A stretch of DNA of 64,000 nucleotides from a virus (lineage: Duplodnaviria; Caudoviricetes): positions 18,741 through 82,740 of the IMG/VR virus record IMGVR_UViG_3300021431_000107; one strand, 5' to 3'. Both the position numbers and the translations under genes were made by a program. Position 1 is the first letter of the stretch. The number at the start of each line of letters is the position of its first letter. The notes below the pieces were generated by a model. That model was given only the letters and a program-made list of their open reading frames with translations, was not told the DNA's origin and did not search any database. Below are positions 19,210 through 27,837 of the stretch, in pieces.

Positions 19210-19341
19210 ATTGATTTCCTCCTTTAAAATAATCTATATTAAAAAAGAAGCTCACAATCTTCTCATAATATGCATTGTAAAGTTTACGATACGATAGGCA
19301 AAAATAGGAGCAGCTGTACAATTTGCTGCTCCGTCCTCCTT

Positions 19342-19545
19342 TCACATCATCCTTTGGATCTCTTCAATCTGATCCATCATCCTCTTGTTACTTCCGAGAA
19401 ACATCTCGGTTAAATCGCTGAGTTCCTGACTGATATTATCCAGTCTCTGCTGGACATCAATCATGTGCTCACGTTTAATCATAGAGTTGCTCTTTTTCAC
19501 CTGATTTGATTTCTTCAACATTTTTAAATCCTCCTTATAGAACAT
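19342..19545 (-). CDS. Coiled-coil small protein (cassette; start probably 19521)
   Basis: Promoter 19565-19589; terminator 19307-19332. Confidence 0.7.
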   Translation of the reverse strand: MFYKEDLKMLKKSNQVKKSNSMIKREHMIDVQQRLDNISQELSDLTEMFLGSNKRMMDQIEEIQRMM

Positions 19546-19684
19546 AATGTGCTTATATCTCTATAATAGGAGGTGTAAATATTACGAATTGCTATATCTC
19601 GAAAGAAAAAAAACAGATTGTAGAGAATCCGTTCAACTTCCTTTTCCTTCAAAAGCTTAATCTTTTTCAAGATCCTTCATCAAT

Positions 19685-19864
19685 CTACAATAACCATAGG
19701 TGATTAGCCCTTAGGTCACTGTAATCAACAGTCTGCCTGGTAATATCCATTTTATCGATCGTCACATCGTCATATGCGGATATCTTACATTTTCGGTGCA
19801 TCCAACCGCGACCTCGTTCTAGCTCACAGATTTGACTAATAATCTGCCGGTCCTTAACATTCAT
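19685..19864 (-). CDS. 59-aa hypothetical protein (cassette)
   Basis: Manual ORF downstream of promoter 19889-19913; weak RBS. Confidence 0.45.
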   Translation of the reverse strand: MNVKDRQIISQICELERGRGWMHRKCKISAYDDVTIDKMDITRQTVDYSDLRANHLWLL

Positions 19865-20000
19865 ATGATGAATATTACCTTTATCTTCATTATAAGTGAT
19901 GTAATTTTTACGATTGCTCAGTACCCTCGCACGGTCAAACTCGTTCCTCGTTTAACACGAAAATAAGAAGCCACTGTATATTTCACAGTGGCCTCATCTA

Positions 20001-20177
20001 TCACTCCTTTCTTTTCTTGAAACAGTATCCGATAATGGCTCCAATAACCAGTACCGGAAACAGAATGGCAAAGATAGTTAAAGCAATCGGCCAAATGGCA
20101 GCCAAGATGCCTACAACAAGCGGCAGTGCAATCAGCGCCATAAGAGCGAGTGCCATAACAATGATCATCTTAATCAT
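20001..20177 (-). CDS. 58-aa very hydrophobic two-TM peptide ending KKRKE
   Basis: GGAGG RBS; promoter 20226-20250; terminator 19968-19994. Confidence 0.75.
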   Translation of the reverse strand: MIKMIIVMALALMALIALPLVVGILAAIWPIALTIFAILFPVLVIGAIIGYCFKKRKE

Positions 20178-20292
20178 AATTGTCTCCTCCTTTATTTTGA
20201 GTAGTTATCGTTTACATTTCTTTCCATTATAGGAACTGTTTTTATTTCGAAAGAGAGAAGCCACTGTTTCATTTACAGTAGCTTCATGTCTT

Positions 20293-20394
20293 TTAAAACA
20301 TCATACTTGCAACCCCATTGATAGTTGCGTTTGCAATACAAATCTGGGCGAAGGTTCCTCCAAAGAACCATCCACCGATATATCCAAACAACAT
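20293..20394 (-). CDS. 33-aa Gly-rich hydrophobic peptide
   Basis: MLFGYIGGWFFGGTFAQICIANATINGVASMMF; AAGGAGG RBS; promoter 20428-20452. Confidence 0.65.
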   Translation of the reverse strand: MLFGYIGGWFFGGTFAQICIANATINGVASMMF

Positions 20395-20492
20395 CTCAAT
20401 TCCTCCTTTTTATTGGGTTTTATTTCTATAATAGGAGGTGTAAATTTTACGAAAAAAGAGGACCAAGATTTCTCTTGATCCCCCAAATTGTG

Positions 20493-20582
20493 CTATGATC
20501 TGTTCCCCTGTATTATGTCGATTGCAGAAGCAACGAGCAATGCCACAGCGAGAACAATCTCAACAATCTCGGTCTTTCTCAT
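20493..20582 (-). CDS. 29-aa single-TM peptide
   Basis: MRKTEIVEIVLAVALLVASAIDIIQGNRS; GGAGG RBS; terminator follows. Confidence 0.6.
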   Translation of the reverse strand: MRKTEIVEIVLAVALLVASAIDIIQGNRS

Positions 20583-20760
20583 CTTCGTCCTCCTTTTCCT
20601 TTTGAGTAATGCCACGTTTATTAAGTCTCCTTTCTACCGCCCGATCAATGGCGATGTCCTGCTGTTTCTTCGATACCTGGCCTCCAAGCCAACCAAGTAT
20701 CAAGCCAAGAATAGTAAGACCCATTCCGCCATTAATAAGCTCTTTAAATTTTTCTTTCAT
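20560..20760 (-). CDS. Single-TM protein (cassette)
   Basis: Promoter 20797-20821. Confidence 0.75.
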   Translation of the reverse strand: MKEKFKELINGGMGLTILGLILGWLGGQVSKKQQDIAIDRAVERRLNKRGITQKEKEDEDEKDRDC

Positions 20761-20858
20761 AATTTTCCTCCTTTTTAAAAACGTGATTACTATTTCACTA
20801 TACGGCTTGAAAAAAATACGAGAGCCACTGTATTATCCACAGCAGCTCCCATTTTGAG

Positions 20859-21215
20859 TTAGAGTAACTTTTCCGCGATATAATCTGCCATGTCCAAAGT
20901 GTTCATTTCTTTATAGAAGTTTTCACGAAAGTCAATCACCGTTTCAGGTATATGCGTGTTATTCATGACTGTCATAGCTTCCGGAAAGTTGTCTTCTATG
21001 GTCTTAAGTGTTGAATTTGATCCGATCGCTCCAACGTCATCAATCACATCATGGATGTTACGCATCACTTTAAATTTGTGACTAGTAACACCGACCGTGT
21101 AACCGATTCCTGCTGTTACTGCTCCGATTAAAATTGCTCCACCATAAACAGTCAACTCTACCGTATGATCGTCAACCCACTTCCTGATTTTGCCTTTTTC
21201 TTTCTTATTTTCCAT
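20859..21215 (-). CDS. Single-TM protein (cassette)
   Basis: Promoter 21258-21282; terminator 20822-20848. Confidence 0.75.
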   Translation of the reverse strand: MENKKEKGKIRKWVDDHTVELTVYGGAILIGAVTAGIGYTVGVTSHKFKVMRNIHDVIDDVGAIGSNSTLKTIEDNFPEAMTVMNNTHIPETVIDFRENFYKEMNTLDMADYIAEKLL

Positions 21216-21368
21216 AAATATCTCCTTTCATTTTAAGATATCGCTTACAAGTTCCTCACTATAAGGACTGTATTTAATGCGAGCTCGTTTCACTCGCCAT
21301 CTCTTACTAAGTTCGAGAAGAAAAGAACAGAAGCCACTGTATTATATACAGCAGCCTCTGTTGTCAAA

Positions 21369-21923
21369 TTATTTGATACTAAGTTTAGGATTCTGACCGA
21401 GTCCCATCTTGCTCACAAACCATCCATTCCGATCCGCATAGATTGCAAGACACGTACCTGCGAATCCAAGACCCGCTACTGCAAGTCTCGACCCGTTCTC
21501 AGTTACGATCTTTACGAGTTCACCTTTCTGACGCTTCTTGGCTGCGGTCGCTTCGTTTTCAACTTTCTCCTTTTCGAGTTTCAGATTCTCCTCTTCAAGG
21601 TCCAGCCTCTTCTGATCCATCTGAAGCTTAGAATCACTCATTTCCCTTTCGGAATCCAGTTTCTTCTGCTCCATCTCGATCTTAGAAGAGCTAATCTCCT
21701 TTTCAGAGTCCATCCGTCTCTCTTCAAGCTCAAGTTTCTCACGATCGACCTCAATCTTTTCGCGTTCGATATCGGCTTTCTCGCTATCCGTTACCATCTT
21801 CATGAGAGTGTCAAGATCTTTGATAGCGTTGTATCTATCGTCGGATCCCAGCTCCATGTGCTTGATCTTTGCAAGATCGTTATTAATGATTTCGTTTACA
21901 AGGATTTTTGTTTCTACAGTCAT
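21369..21923 (-). CDS. Charged coiled-coil repeat protein with C-terminal hydrophobic segment
   Basis: Repeated EKLE/KRLD heptads; promoter 21962-21986. Confidence 0.8.
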   Translation of the reverse strand: MTVETKILVNEIINNDLAKIKHMELGSDDRYNAIKDLDTLMKMVTDSEKADIEREKIEVDREKLELEERRMDSEKEISSSKIEMEQKKLDSEREMSDSKLQMDQKRLDLEEENLKLEKEKVENEATAAKKRQKGELVKIVTENGSRLAVAGLGFAGTCLAIYADRNGWFVSKMGLGQNPKLSIK

Positions 21924-22025
21924 ACAAATTCCTCCTTATTACAAATCAAACAATTTGCTTCACTATACGACTTGTTTTTTATGCGAATTTGGAATACAAT
22001 AAACTTGCAAAACACCAAAGAGGGT

Positions 22026-22241
22026 CTACTTTTCGAGTTTAATCTTGAGATAGATCCTCTTCCTTTTTGGAAGCTTAGACAGGTCCTCCGATACTTCAAT
22101 TCTATACGTATCCTTTTCAATATCGGTCTTGTCGATAACAAGCGTTCCAGCATTTGGTGATTTAATGATATGCCAAACCGATACAAAGATCGATCCAAAG
22201 ATATTCCCTAAAATAAAAGCTCCAACATAAAACCAAATCAT
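22026..22241 (-). CDS. Single-TM phage protein
   Basis: GGAGGTCTCAAAATG; GTLVIDKTD...YRIE. Confidence 0.75.
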   Translation of the reverse strand: MIWFYVGAFILGNIFGSIFVSVWHIIKSPNAGTLVIDKTDIEKDTYRIEVSEDLSKLPKRKRIYLKIKLEK

Positions 22242-22277
22242 TTTGAGACCTCCTTTCATAAAAAAAAGAGACCGCAT

Positions 22278-22562
22278 TTAAGCGATCCCTCTTACTCTTT
22301 TCCACTCGTAACGTCCATACATAGATTCATGTACTCCATCGACATAAATCTCGTAACCGCAGCCATACGGACTCATTGACTTCAGTAAGAACAGATGATC
22401 AAGCTCCTTCTTTGGAACAAGACCTCTAAACATAACGATATCTTCTTTATCGACTCTATAAAGATGCCTCGTCCAGTTTTCAAGATCGTCGATTAACTGT
22501 TCCATCATACAGTCCTTTTTGTCCAGGACTACAGCTACGTAGTTAAATCTCAAATCGTACAT
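22278..22562 (-). CDS. Hypothetical protein (cassette)
   Basis: Promoter 22597-22621. Confidence 0.7.
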   Translation of the reverse strand: MYDLRFNYVAVVLDKKDCMMEQLIDDLENWTRHLYRVDKEDIVMFRGLVPKKELDHLFLLKSMSPYGCGYEIYVDGVHESMYGRYEWKRVRGIA

Positions 22563-22905
22563 AAAAATCTCCTTTGAAATAAAGTTATAAGTTTCTATTA
22601 TACGAAGTGGTTTTATTACGAAAAAAAAGAAGCACCTGTATTTCTACAGATGCTTCTGAGTACCTAGTTTTCTCTTTCAAGTCTGTTTTTCAGAATGGAG
22701 AGAGATCTAATGCTTTCATTGAATTTCTTAGCCTTCTGTTCACAGTTCTCATCCATTGCCCGATGCATAAGTTTCGTATAGTTCTGGATAAGACTGTTCA
22801 CGAACTCTAATGTCTCAAAAGTTTCTACATTTTTACTCATGTCATTCCTCCTATAATATAACTTGATTTACTAGTTCCTATTATAGGAGTTGTAATTTTT
22901 TCGCA

Positions 22906-23145
22906 TTACCATCTCACATCATCTTCGTCTCTGTCATAGTAAGGTCTACCGGTTCTAAGTTCAAACTCGTAGTCCTCACCGGCTTGTATATCCCCTGCAG
23001 TTATCTCCATGGCACATTTACCGCACATATTACCTTCTGGCCACTCCTCATCGTAATCTGTGTCATAGTCACTAAACTCATCATTGTACATTTCCCTTGC
23101 TTCGTCAACATCAAATCGTTTCCCACAATGAATACACTTTGCCAT
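22906..23145 (-). CDS. Highly acidic Zn-ribbon protein
   Basis: CIHCG...CGKC with Asp/Glu-rich spacer. Confidence 0.75.
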   Translation of the reverse strand: MAKCIHCGKRFDVDEAREMYNDEFSDYDTDYDEEWPEGNMCGKCAMEITAGDIQAGEDYEFELRTGRPYYDRDEDDVRW

Positions 23146-23261
23146 TTTGAGACCTCCTTTTATAGATGTATAACTGGTTCTATAAAGAAGATATCATAGA
23201 AAAAGAAAAGGGACAAGACTTGACTTTCTCATCCCTTTTCAGTATAATGCGCGCTGCTTTT

Positions 23262-23513
23262 TTAGTAGTTAAACTTATTTAATCCCTTAAAGAACTTCCA
23301 ATCCTTACTGAATCCCTTTGGCTTCTCAAGACTCCCAGACAAGATAGAGAACGCATAAAACGTCATTTCTACCATTTTCCTGTGATTAATTCTATCTATA
23401 AGTCTAGAATGCTTCACAACAAACTGGTATACAGCTTCATCCGTTACTCTTACGTCAGGAAAATCTGCGTAATTTGTCAACTCGTACCTAAGAGCTTTAA
23501 TGATTTTACCCAT
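23262..23513 (-). CDS. Hypothetical protein (cassette)
   Basis: Promoter 23551-23575. Confidence 0.7.
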   Translation of the reverse strand: MGKIIKALRYELTNYADFPDVRVTDEAVYQFVVKHSRLIDRINHRKMVEMTFYAFSILSGSLEKPKGFSKDWKFFKGLNKFNY

Positions 23514-23622
23514 AAGTTTCCTCCTTTTTAAAAACATAACATTTTGCATCATTATACGAATTGAATTTATTACGATACAGCTCAGTCCATTCTCGTACCA
23601 AACGAAAAAGAAATAGCCCCTG

Positions 23623-23856
23623 TTAAGAGGCCATCTCTCCTATAATTTCATGATACATCTCATCGAGTTCTTTAAATTCAGATTCAGACACATAGCATCT
23701 AAACTGCATGCCAACGAGATCGTCTTTTCTCTTGATGAAACGAATGCTATAAGCCACACGAAGTACCTCGCATACCTTAGAGAATCGTTCGATTTCATCA
23801 TGAGTTGCAAGAACGAAATCCCACACGATGCACCGTCTTTTACTCTGCTTAATCAT
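23623..23856 (-). CDS. Hypothetical protein (cassette)
   Basis: Promoter 23892-23916. Confidence 0.7.
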   Translation of the reverse strand: MIKQSKRRCIVWDFVLATHDEIERFSKVCEVLRVAYSIRFIKRKDDLVGMQFRCYVSESEFKELDEMYHEIIGEMAS

Positions 23857-23947
23857 GTCTCTTCTCCCTTCAAGTTAGAACAATTTGTATCATTATATCC
23901 GGTGTAAATAGTTCGAAGGTATTTTGAGAAAAAAAAGAAGACGCAGA

Positions 23948-24124
23948 TTACTCTGCATCCTCATGAGCCGAACGGATAATCCGGCGAATTGAATCGTCGC
24001 TATATCCGCAAGACTCACAAAGACCTGCGTAGTAATCCACGTCCTCTTCGAACCCCTCATGGCCGAGGGTACGACCATAGAGATTCTCAGCAGCGACCCT
24101 AAGCCGCAATCTGAGGTTACTCAT
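23948..24124 (-). CDS. Small hypothetical protein (cassette)
   Basis: GGAGGTG RBS; promoter 24167-24191. Confidence 0.7.
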   Translation of the reverse strand: MSNLRLRLRVAAENLYGRTLGHEGFEEDVDYYAGLCESCGYSDDSIRRIIRSAHEDAE

Positions 24125-24246
24125 ACTTGTCACCTCCTTTCCCTCGGTATATATTAGTAGGTTCCTATACTATGCATTGTAAATTTTACGATACGATAGT
24201 AAAAACAAGAAGCCACTGTAATAGCTACAGCAGCCTCTGTTTTGAG

Positions 24247-24471
24247 TTATTTAATCAATACTTTCACGTAAGGAATTCCATCGTCATCGCCAATTTCGAT
24301 CCACCATTTATCGACCTCAGCAGTATCATATCCGGAGAAGGTTCTTGCAATCTTATCTGCTGGAAATGTTCCAATCCAGCACGTATGATTAGCCAGGATT
24401 ATGTCTTTCTCCACGATCGATATTACTAAGTCCTTATCTTTCAATGTTACCACAAGATCCTTAAGTTTCAT
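24247..24471 (-). CDS. Hypothetical protein (cassette)
   Basis: Promoter 24511-24535; terminator 24208-24241. Confidence 0.75.
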   Translation of the reverse strand: MKLKDLVVTLKDKDLVISIVEKDIILANHTCWIGTFPADKIARTFSGYDTAEVDKWWIEIGDDDGIPYVKVLIK

Positions 24472-24615
24472 AACGTTTCCTCCTTCATTTAAGTATGTTA
24501 ATAACTTATCATTATATGTATTGTTTTTATTACGAAAAAAAAGAAGCGTCGCTCATGTTATTCGCTACGTCCTCAAAAGAAAAAGAGGCCCTGTAAAAGC
24601 AGCCTCTTGATGCAG

Positions 24616-24909
24616 TCAAATAGCATACTTGTCAAGCAGTCTCTTTAAGTCCTCCTTTTCCCTCTGAAGCTCACCAATCTGCTTCTCAAGGCTATTGATT
24701 TCCATGCTCTTCTTAACATTCTCACGGCGATAATATGAGACATCATTGTCACGATCCTGCAGTCTGATACGAAGTCCTTCAAGAAACCTATTGATCTCAA
24801 CAATCTCATTGAAATCATCAGCTTCTCCGTCTCCGTAAGTCAGCAGCATAACGTGCTTCTTGATCTCCTCAAACATATCAACCTGAGCAGTGTTATTCAG
24901 TTCTTCCAT
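24616..24909 (-). CDS. Coiled-coil protein (cassette)
   Basis: Promoter 24945-24969; terminator 24583-24608. Confidence 0.75.
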   Translation of the reverse strand: MEELNNTAQVDMFEEIKKHVMLLTYGDGEADDFNEIVEINRFLEGLRIRLQDRDNDVSYYRRENVKKSMEINSLEKQIGELQREKEDLKRLLDKYAI

Positions 24910-25056
24910 TTTGAATCTCCTTTCTTAAATCAATTGATTGCTTCATTAAAGCAGTTGTTTTTATTTCGAACACGCTCAGTCCCCTCGCACCGCCAAACTC
25001 TCTTTGTTCGTTTAGCTGAAAAGAAAGAGGCAGATGTTACTCTGCCCCTATGGAAC

Positions 25057-25350
25057 TTACTCGAATGATGATAAATCCCATACATGATACGGGGAAATAT
25101 GCATCTCAATGCCAAGTTCTTCCTTGAAGTAGTTTTCAATTACTTCTGTTATTTTGTCGTTCTTGGCAAGAGGTAATGCTATTTCGCTGTATTCTTTATA
25201 TAGTTTCAATACCTCTTCATCTGTAAGTCCGGTAGGTAAAGTAACATAGCCCCTTACTTCTTCTAGTGATTTCTTAATTACTTTGTTCAACTTCTTCTCT
25301 AGCTTTTCAGTAATTTTAACTCCTCCAGGATAGCAGTTGTGTAACCTCAT
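25057..25350 (-). CDS. Hypothetical protein (cassette)
   Basis: Promoter 25367-25391; terminator 25027-25047. Confidence 0.75.
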   Translation of the reverse strand: MRLHNCYPGGVKITEKLEKKLNKVIKKSLEEVRGYVTLPTGLTDEEVLKLYKEYSEIALPLAKNDKITEVIENYFKEELGIEMHISPYHVWDLSSFE

Positions 25351-25408
25351 AAAAATCACTCCTTTCACTATAAGGGCTGTATAAAATGCGAAAAAGAAAG
25401 AGCCCTTG

Positions 25409-25822
25409 TTAGGACTCAATCTCTTCCAGCTGAATTTCATTTAGCTTTAATTCTTCCATTTTCATATGAACTTCACGAATCTCTTCCTCTTCTGCATTAC
25501 AGAAGTCGTATGTTGCATGCACCGTGCATAGACTTTCATATTCTATTGTAAGTTTACTTATATAGCTATGAACGATATCACAGTGTTTACCCTTCCCTAG
25601 CGTTATAAGCGCATCCATTAGATCTGGCGAAGTCATTTCACTTCCCATAATTTCTCTTTTTTGTGCGTTTTTACATGCTTCAAAGTGTGAAGTATAAACT
25701 TTCACTATAGCGTTCATAGCTTTTTCAATCGAATCGCATACAATAACGATAGCCATTTCGTGTGCATGAATATTCCAACTTGGTCTGTCCACCTTAGAGT
25801 ACATCGTTACTTGATACATCAT
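25409..25822 (-). CDS. Hypothetical protein (cassette)
   Basis: Promoter 25860-25884. Confidence 0.75.
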   Translation of the reverse strand: MMYQVTMYSKVDRPSWNIHAHEMAIVIVCDSIEKAMNAIVKVYTSHFEACKNAQKREIMGSEMTSPDLMDALITLGKGKHCDIVHSYISKLTIEYESLCTVHATYDFCNAEEEEIREVHMKMEELKLNEIQLEEIES

Positions 25823-26084
25823 ATGATTTTCTCCTTTCGTTAGCTAATGTAGCTGTTTCACTATAGCCACTGTATAAAATTCGAAAAAGAGAACCAGTTG
25901 CAATAACTGATTCTCTAAGTAATCATGGGTATATCATGTCCACGAATGCCGACTGAATAAGTTTACCCATCGTTGCTTTGTCGTCTAACCATAACATAAT
26001 ATGATCACTCCTTTCTATTTTAGGGACTGTATTTTATGCGAAAAGAAAGACCAGTTGCAATAACTGATCCTTCCATTTTGAAAG

Positions 26085-26378
26085 TTATCCCCATCTAGTC
26101 CATACAGTATCTCCATAGGGAGATGTTACCTCTTCAAGGCCCCATTTCTTGCGGAGCTTGTTCCAAAAGAGTCCAGGCATTTCCACTCTGATAAGTACGA
26201 TGTCATATACATTCTTTCCAGTCGCCGATTCAACTATCGATGATTGCTCGACGCCGGTTACTTTTCCACCGCACTCTTCAAGAGCTTTAGCTACCTCTTT
26301 TACGTTAGTTCCATGTCCGAACATAAGTGTCCTTGTTTCTGTTTTCAGCTCCCTAAAGATATTGTTAATAAACGCCAT
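26085..26378 (-). CDS. Hypothetical protein (cassette)
   Basis: Promoter 26402-26426. Confidence 0.75.
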   Translation of the reverse strand: MAFINNIFRELKTETRTLMFGHGTNVKEVAKALEECGGKVTGVEQSSIVESATGKNVYDIVLIRVEMPGLFWNKLRKKWGLEEVTSPYGDTVWTRWG

Positions 26379-26468
26379 AGTAATTCCTCCTTTCGCTTTT
26401 CATTAAAGGAGTTGTATAAATTGCGAAAAAGAAAGAGCACCTGTAATAGATGCTCCTCTTGCATGATA

Positions 26469-26783
26469 TTATCGTTCCAACAGTTTATTTAATTCAGTCT
26501 CCTCGACATAGTAAGATATTTTATAGCTCTCTCCCCATCCTTTCAAAACACATCTGTAAGTCGCTTCATAAGTTTCGCAGTCATTGTCATTTGTAACATT
26601 GAGCTCACTAACTTTAGATACGGCAACACTATCAGTAATTTTTTTATAGTGTTGCTTAATTATTTCTTTAGCGTTCTCAAAGTTATCACCTACACCAATA
26701 ACATCTTTACCATAGTCCTTATAAGTGTCTTCATATATGTCTTCTTCCATCCAGTACTTCACTACTAAATATACTTTATTCAT
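26469..26783 (-). CDS. Hypothetical protein (cassette)
   Basis: Promoter 26820-26844; terminator 26434-26460. Confidence 0.75.
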   Translation of the reverse strand: MNKVYLVVKYWMEEDIYEDTYKDYGKDVIGVGDNFENAKEIIKQHYKKITDSVAVSKVSELNVTNDNDCETYEATYRCVLKGWGESYKISYYVEETELNKLLER

Positions 26784-26855
26784 ACATCTTCTCCTTTCAT
26801 TAAAAAGCTAATTGGTTTCACTATAAGCACTGTATAAAATTCGAGGACCGACCAT

Positions 26856-27212
26856 TCAGCCGATCCCCTTTCTCTTTGATAGCATATAGAAAAACTCTCG
26901 AAGGCACCACTCACAAATAGCTTTTTCTCTATCAGAAGAACATACCTGTCCAATGCTTACATCCTCTGTAACGATCTTCAGAATTTTCTCCCCAGGGAAT
27001 TTTCCGATATCGAATGCTGTCGTCTCGATCAGCTTTACAGCGTGTTTTAGGTCATGTAGAGAAGATGCGACTCTTCCTGTTTCATCAGAAGAGGCTGTAC
27101 CAGTTTGATCGAAGCCCTCCTTAGACAGTCTCTCGATCTCTTCCTTCATATCATGGTACTGAAGGCAAAAGTGCTTAAGCTCCCTGTACCTATGGACTGG
27201 TAGATCGTACAT
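26856..27212 (-). CDS. Phage protein, putative transcriptional regulator
   Basis: HRYRELKHFCLQY motif; last gene of the operon from the switch. Confidence 0.45.
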   Translation of the reverse strand: MYDLPVHRYRELKHFCLQYHDMKEEIERLSKEGFDQTGTASSDETGRVASSLHDLKHAVKLIETTAFDIGKFPGEKILKIVTEDVSIGQVCSSDREKAICEWCLREFFYMLSKRKGIG

Positions 27213-27457
27213 TACTTACCCCTCCATACGAAGCCCGTTTCTTCATATAGTCTCTTTGGTGAGATATAGTAGTTGATCCGACCAAGCCTCGAATCCATTT
27301 CACGAATATCTGTGACTTCTTTCCCTCGTCTTGTTGCTTTACCGATCGGAAGCCATCCAGATATTATTCCAGCTCGAACCCAGGAAGGATCTTTACCGTA
27401 GACTCTTGCAGCAACTGACACTGGAACTGAACCGACTTCTCTTACATCCTGATTCAT
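27212..27457 (-). CDS. DNA-binding protein, probable excisionase/RDF-like
   Basis: VPVSVAARVYGKDPSWVRAGIISGWLPIG HTH-like segment; near the integrase. Confidence 0.55.
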   Translation of the reverse strand: MNQDVREVGSVPVSVAARVYGKDPSWVRAGIISGWLPIGKATRRGKEVTDIREMDSRLGRINYYISPKRLYEETGFVWRGK

Positions 27458-27654
27458 AAGATACCTCCGATCCAGTATCCGATAGAGATACCTGTCTTAT
27501 TTTGAATTTTCGAAAGAGTTCTGATAGATGGATTTGTCTTTCCTTCTTTCCATTTGCCTACAGCTCCATTTCCGAGACTGCACTTCTCCTCAAACTCTTT
27601 AACGGTTAACTTCTCCTCCTCACAGTACCTTAAAACCCTATCGTAGATGTCCAT
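27454..27654 (-). CDS. XRE-family Cro-like HTH regulator
   Basis: LTVKEFEEKCSLGNGAVGKWKEGKTNPSIRTLSKI. Confidence 0.85.
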   Translation of the reverse strand: MDIYDRVLRYCEEEKLTVKEFEEKCSLGNGAVGKWKEGKTNPSIRTLSKIQNKTGISIGYWIGGIL

Positions 27655-27703
27655 TTTTTTCTCTTCCTCCTATTTAATTTTTAATTTTTTATAGGAGAAA
27701 CCC

Positions 27704-27732
27704 TTGACAAGTGTTAGAAAGTAATCTAAAAT
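27704..27732 (+). promoter_or_regulatory. SigA-type promoter toward the integrase
   Basis: TTGACA-N17-TAAAAT. Confidence 0.75.
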
Positions 27733-27808
27733 AGGATTTGCTTAGGATCCATATTATAGAATGCCCTATATATACCCGTCTGGTTTCTCCTTTGAAGCTT
27801 CAAGATGG

Positions 27809-27837
27809 ATTATATAGGGTTTCTTGGCGTTCGTCAA
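27809..27837 (-). promoter_or_regulatory. SigA-type promoter toward the HTH/Xis operon
   Basis: TTGACG-N17-TATAAT on the minus strand. Confidence 0.8.

Larger units (their letters stand above)
18388..19959. repeat. ~45-bp composite direct repeat (18388-18432, 18859-18903, variant 19916-19959; diverged copy 24974-25018)
   Basis: gttcact(a/c)cg(t/c)tcacacggtcaaactcgcagactcgtttaacacg; first two copies differ at 2 positions. Confidence 0.9.
2077..26460 (-). terminator. Families of intrinsic terminators separating accessory cassettes
   Basis: GCTGCTGT..ACAGTGGC family (2077, 20822, 21328, 24208; variants 19968, 20257, 43855) and GCATCTGT..ACAGGTGC family (2778, 9519, 22628, 26434); mismatches become G-U pairs only on the minus strand; T-tracts follow. 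Confidence 0.85.
2741..26844 (-). promoter_or_regulatory. 27 copies of a 25-bp promoter-like motif TCG(T/C/A)A(A/T)-N6-CA-N5-TATAAT-like
   Basis: Lower coordinates: 2741, 3211, 9939, 13260, 16245, 18360, 18830, 19265, 19565, 19889, 20226, 20428, 20797, 21258, 21962, 22597, 22880, 23551, 23892, 24167, 24511, 24945, 25367, 25860, 26017, 26402, 26820; fixed 13-bp spacer; all intergenic or at stop codons, pointing into minus-strand starts. Confidence 0.88.

Noticed and set aside
19604-19692. GGA-rich hairpin RNA (CsrA sponge-like)
   Set aside because: Only an 8-bp stem, and the loop also reads like a decayed coding frame; too weak to call
18388-19959. CRISPR array from the 45-bp repeats
   Set aside because: Copies are hundreds of bp apart with genes between them; no regular spacers and no cas genes
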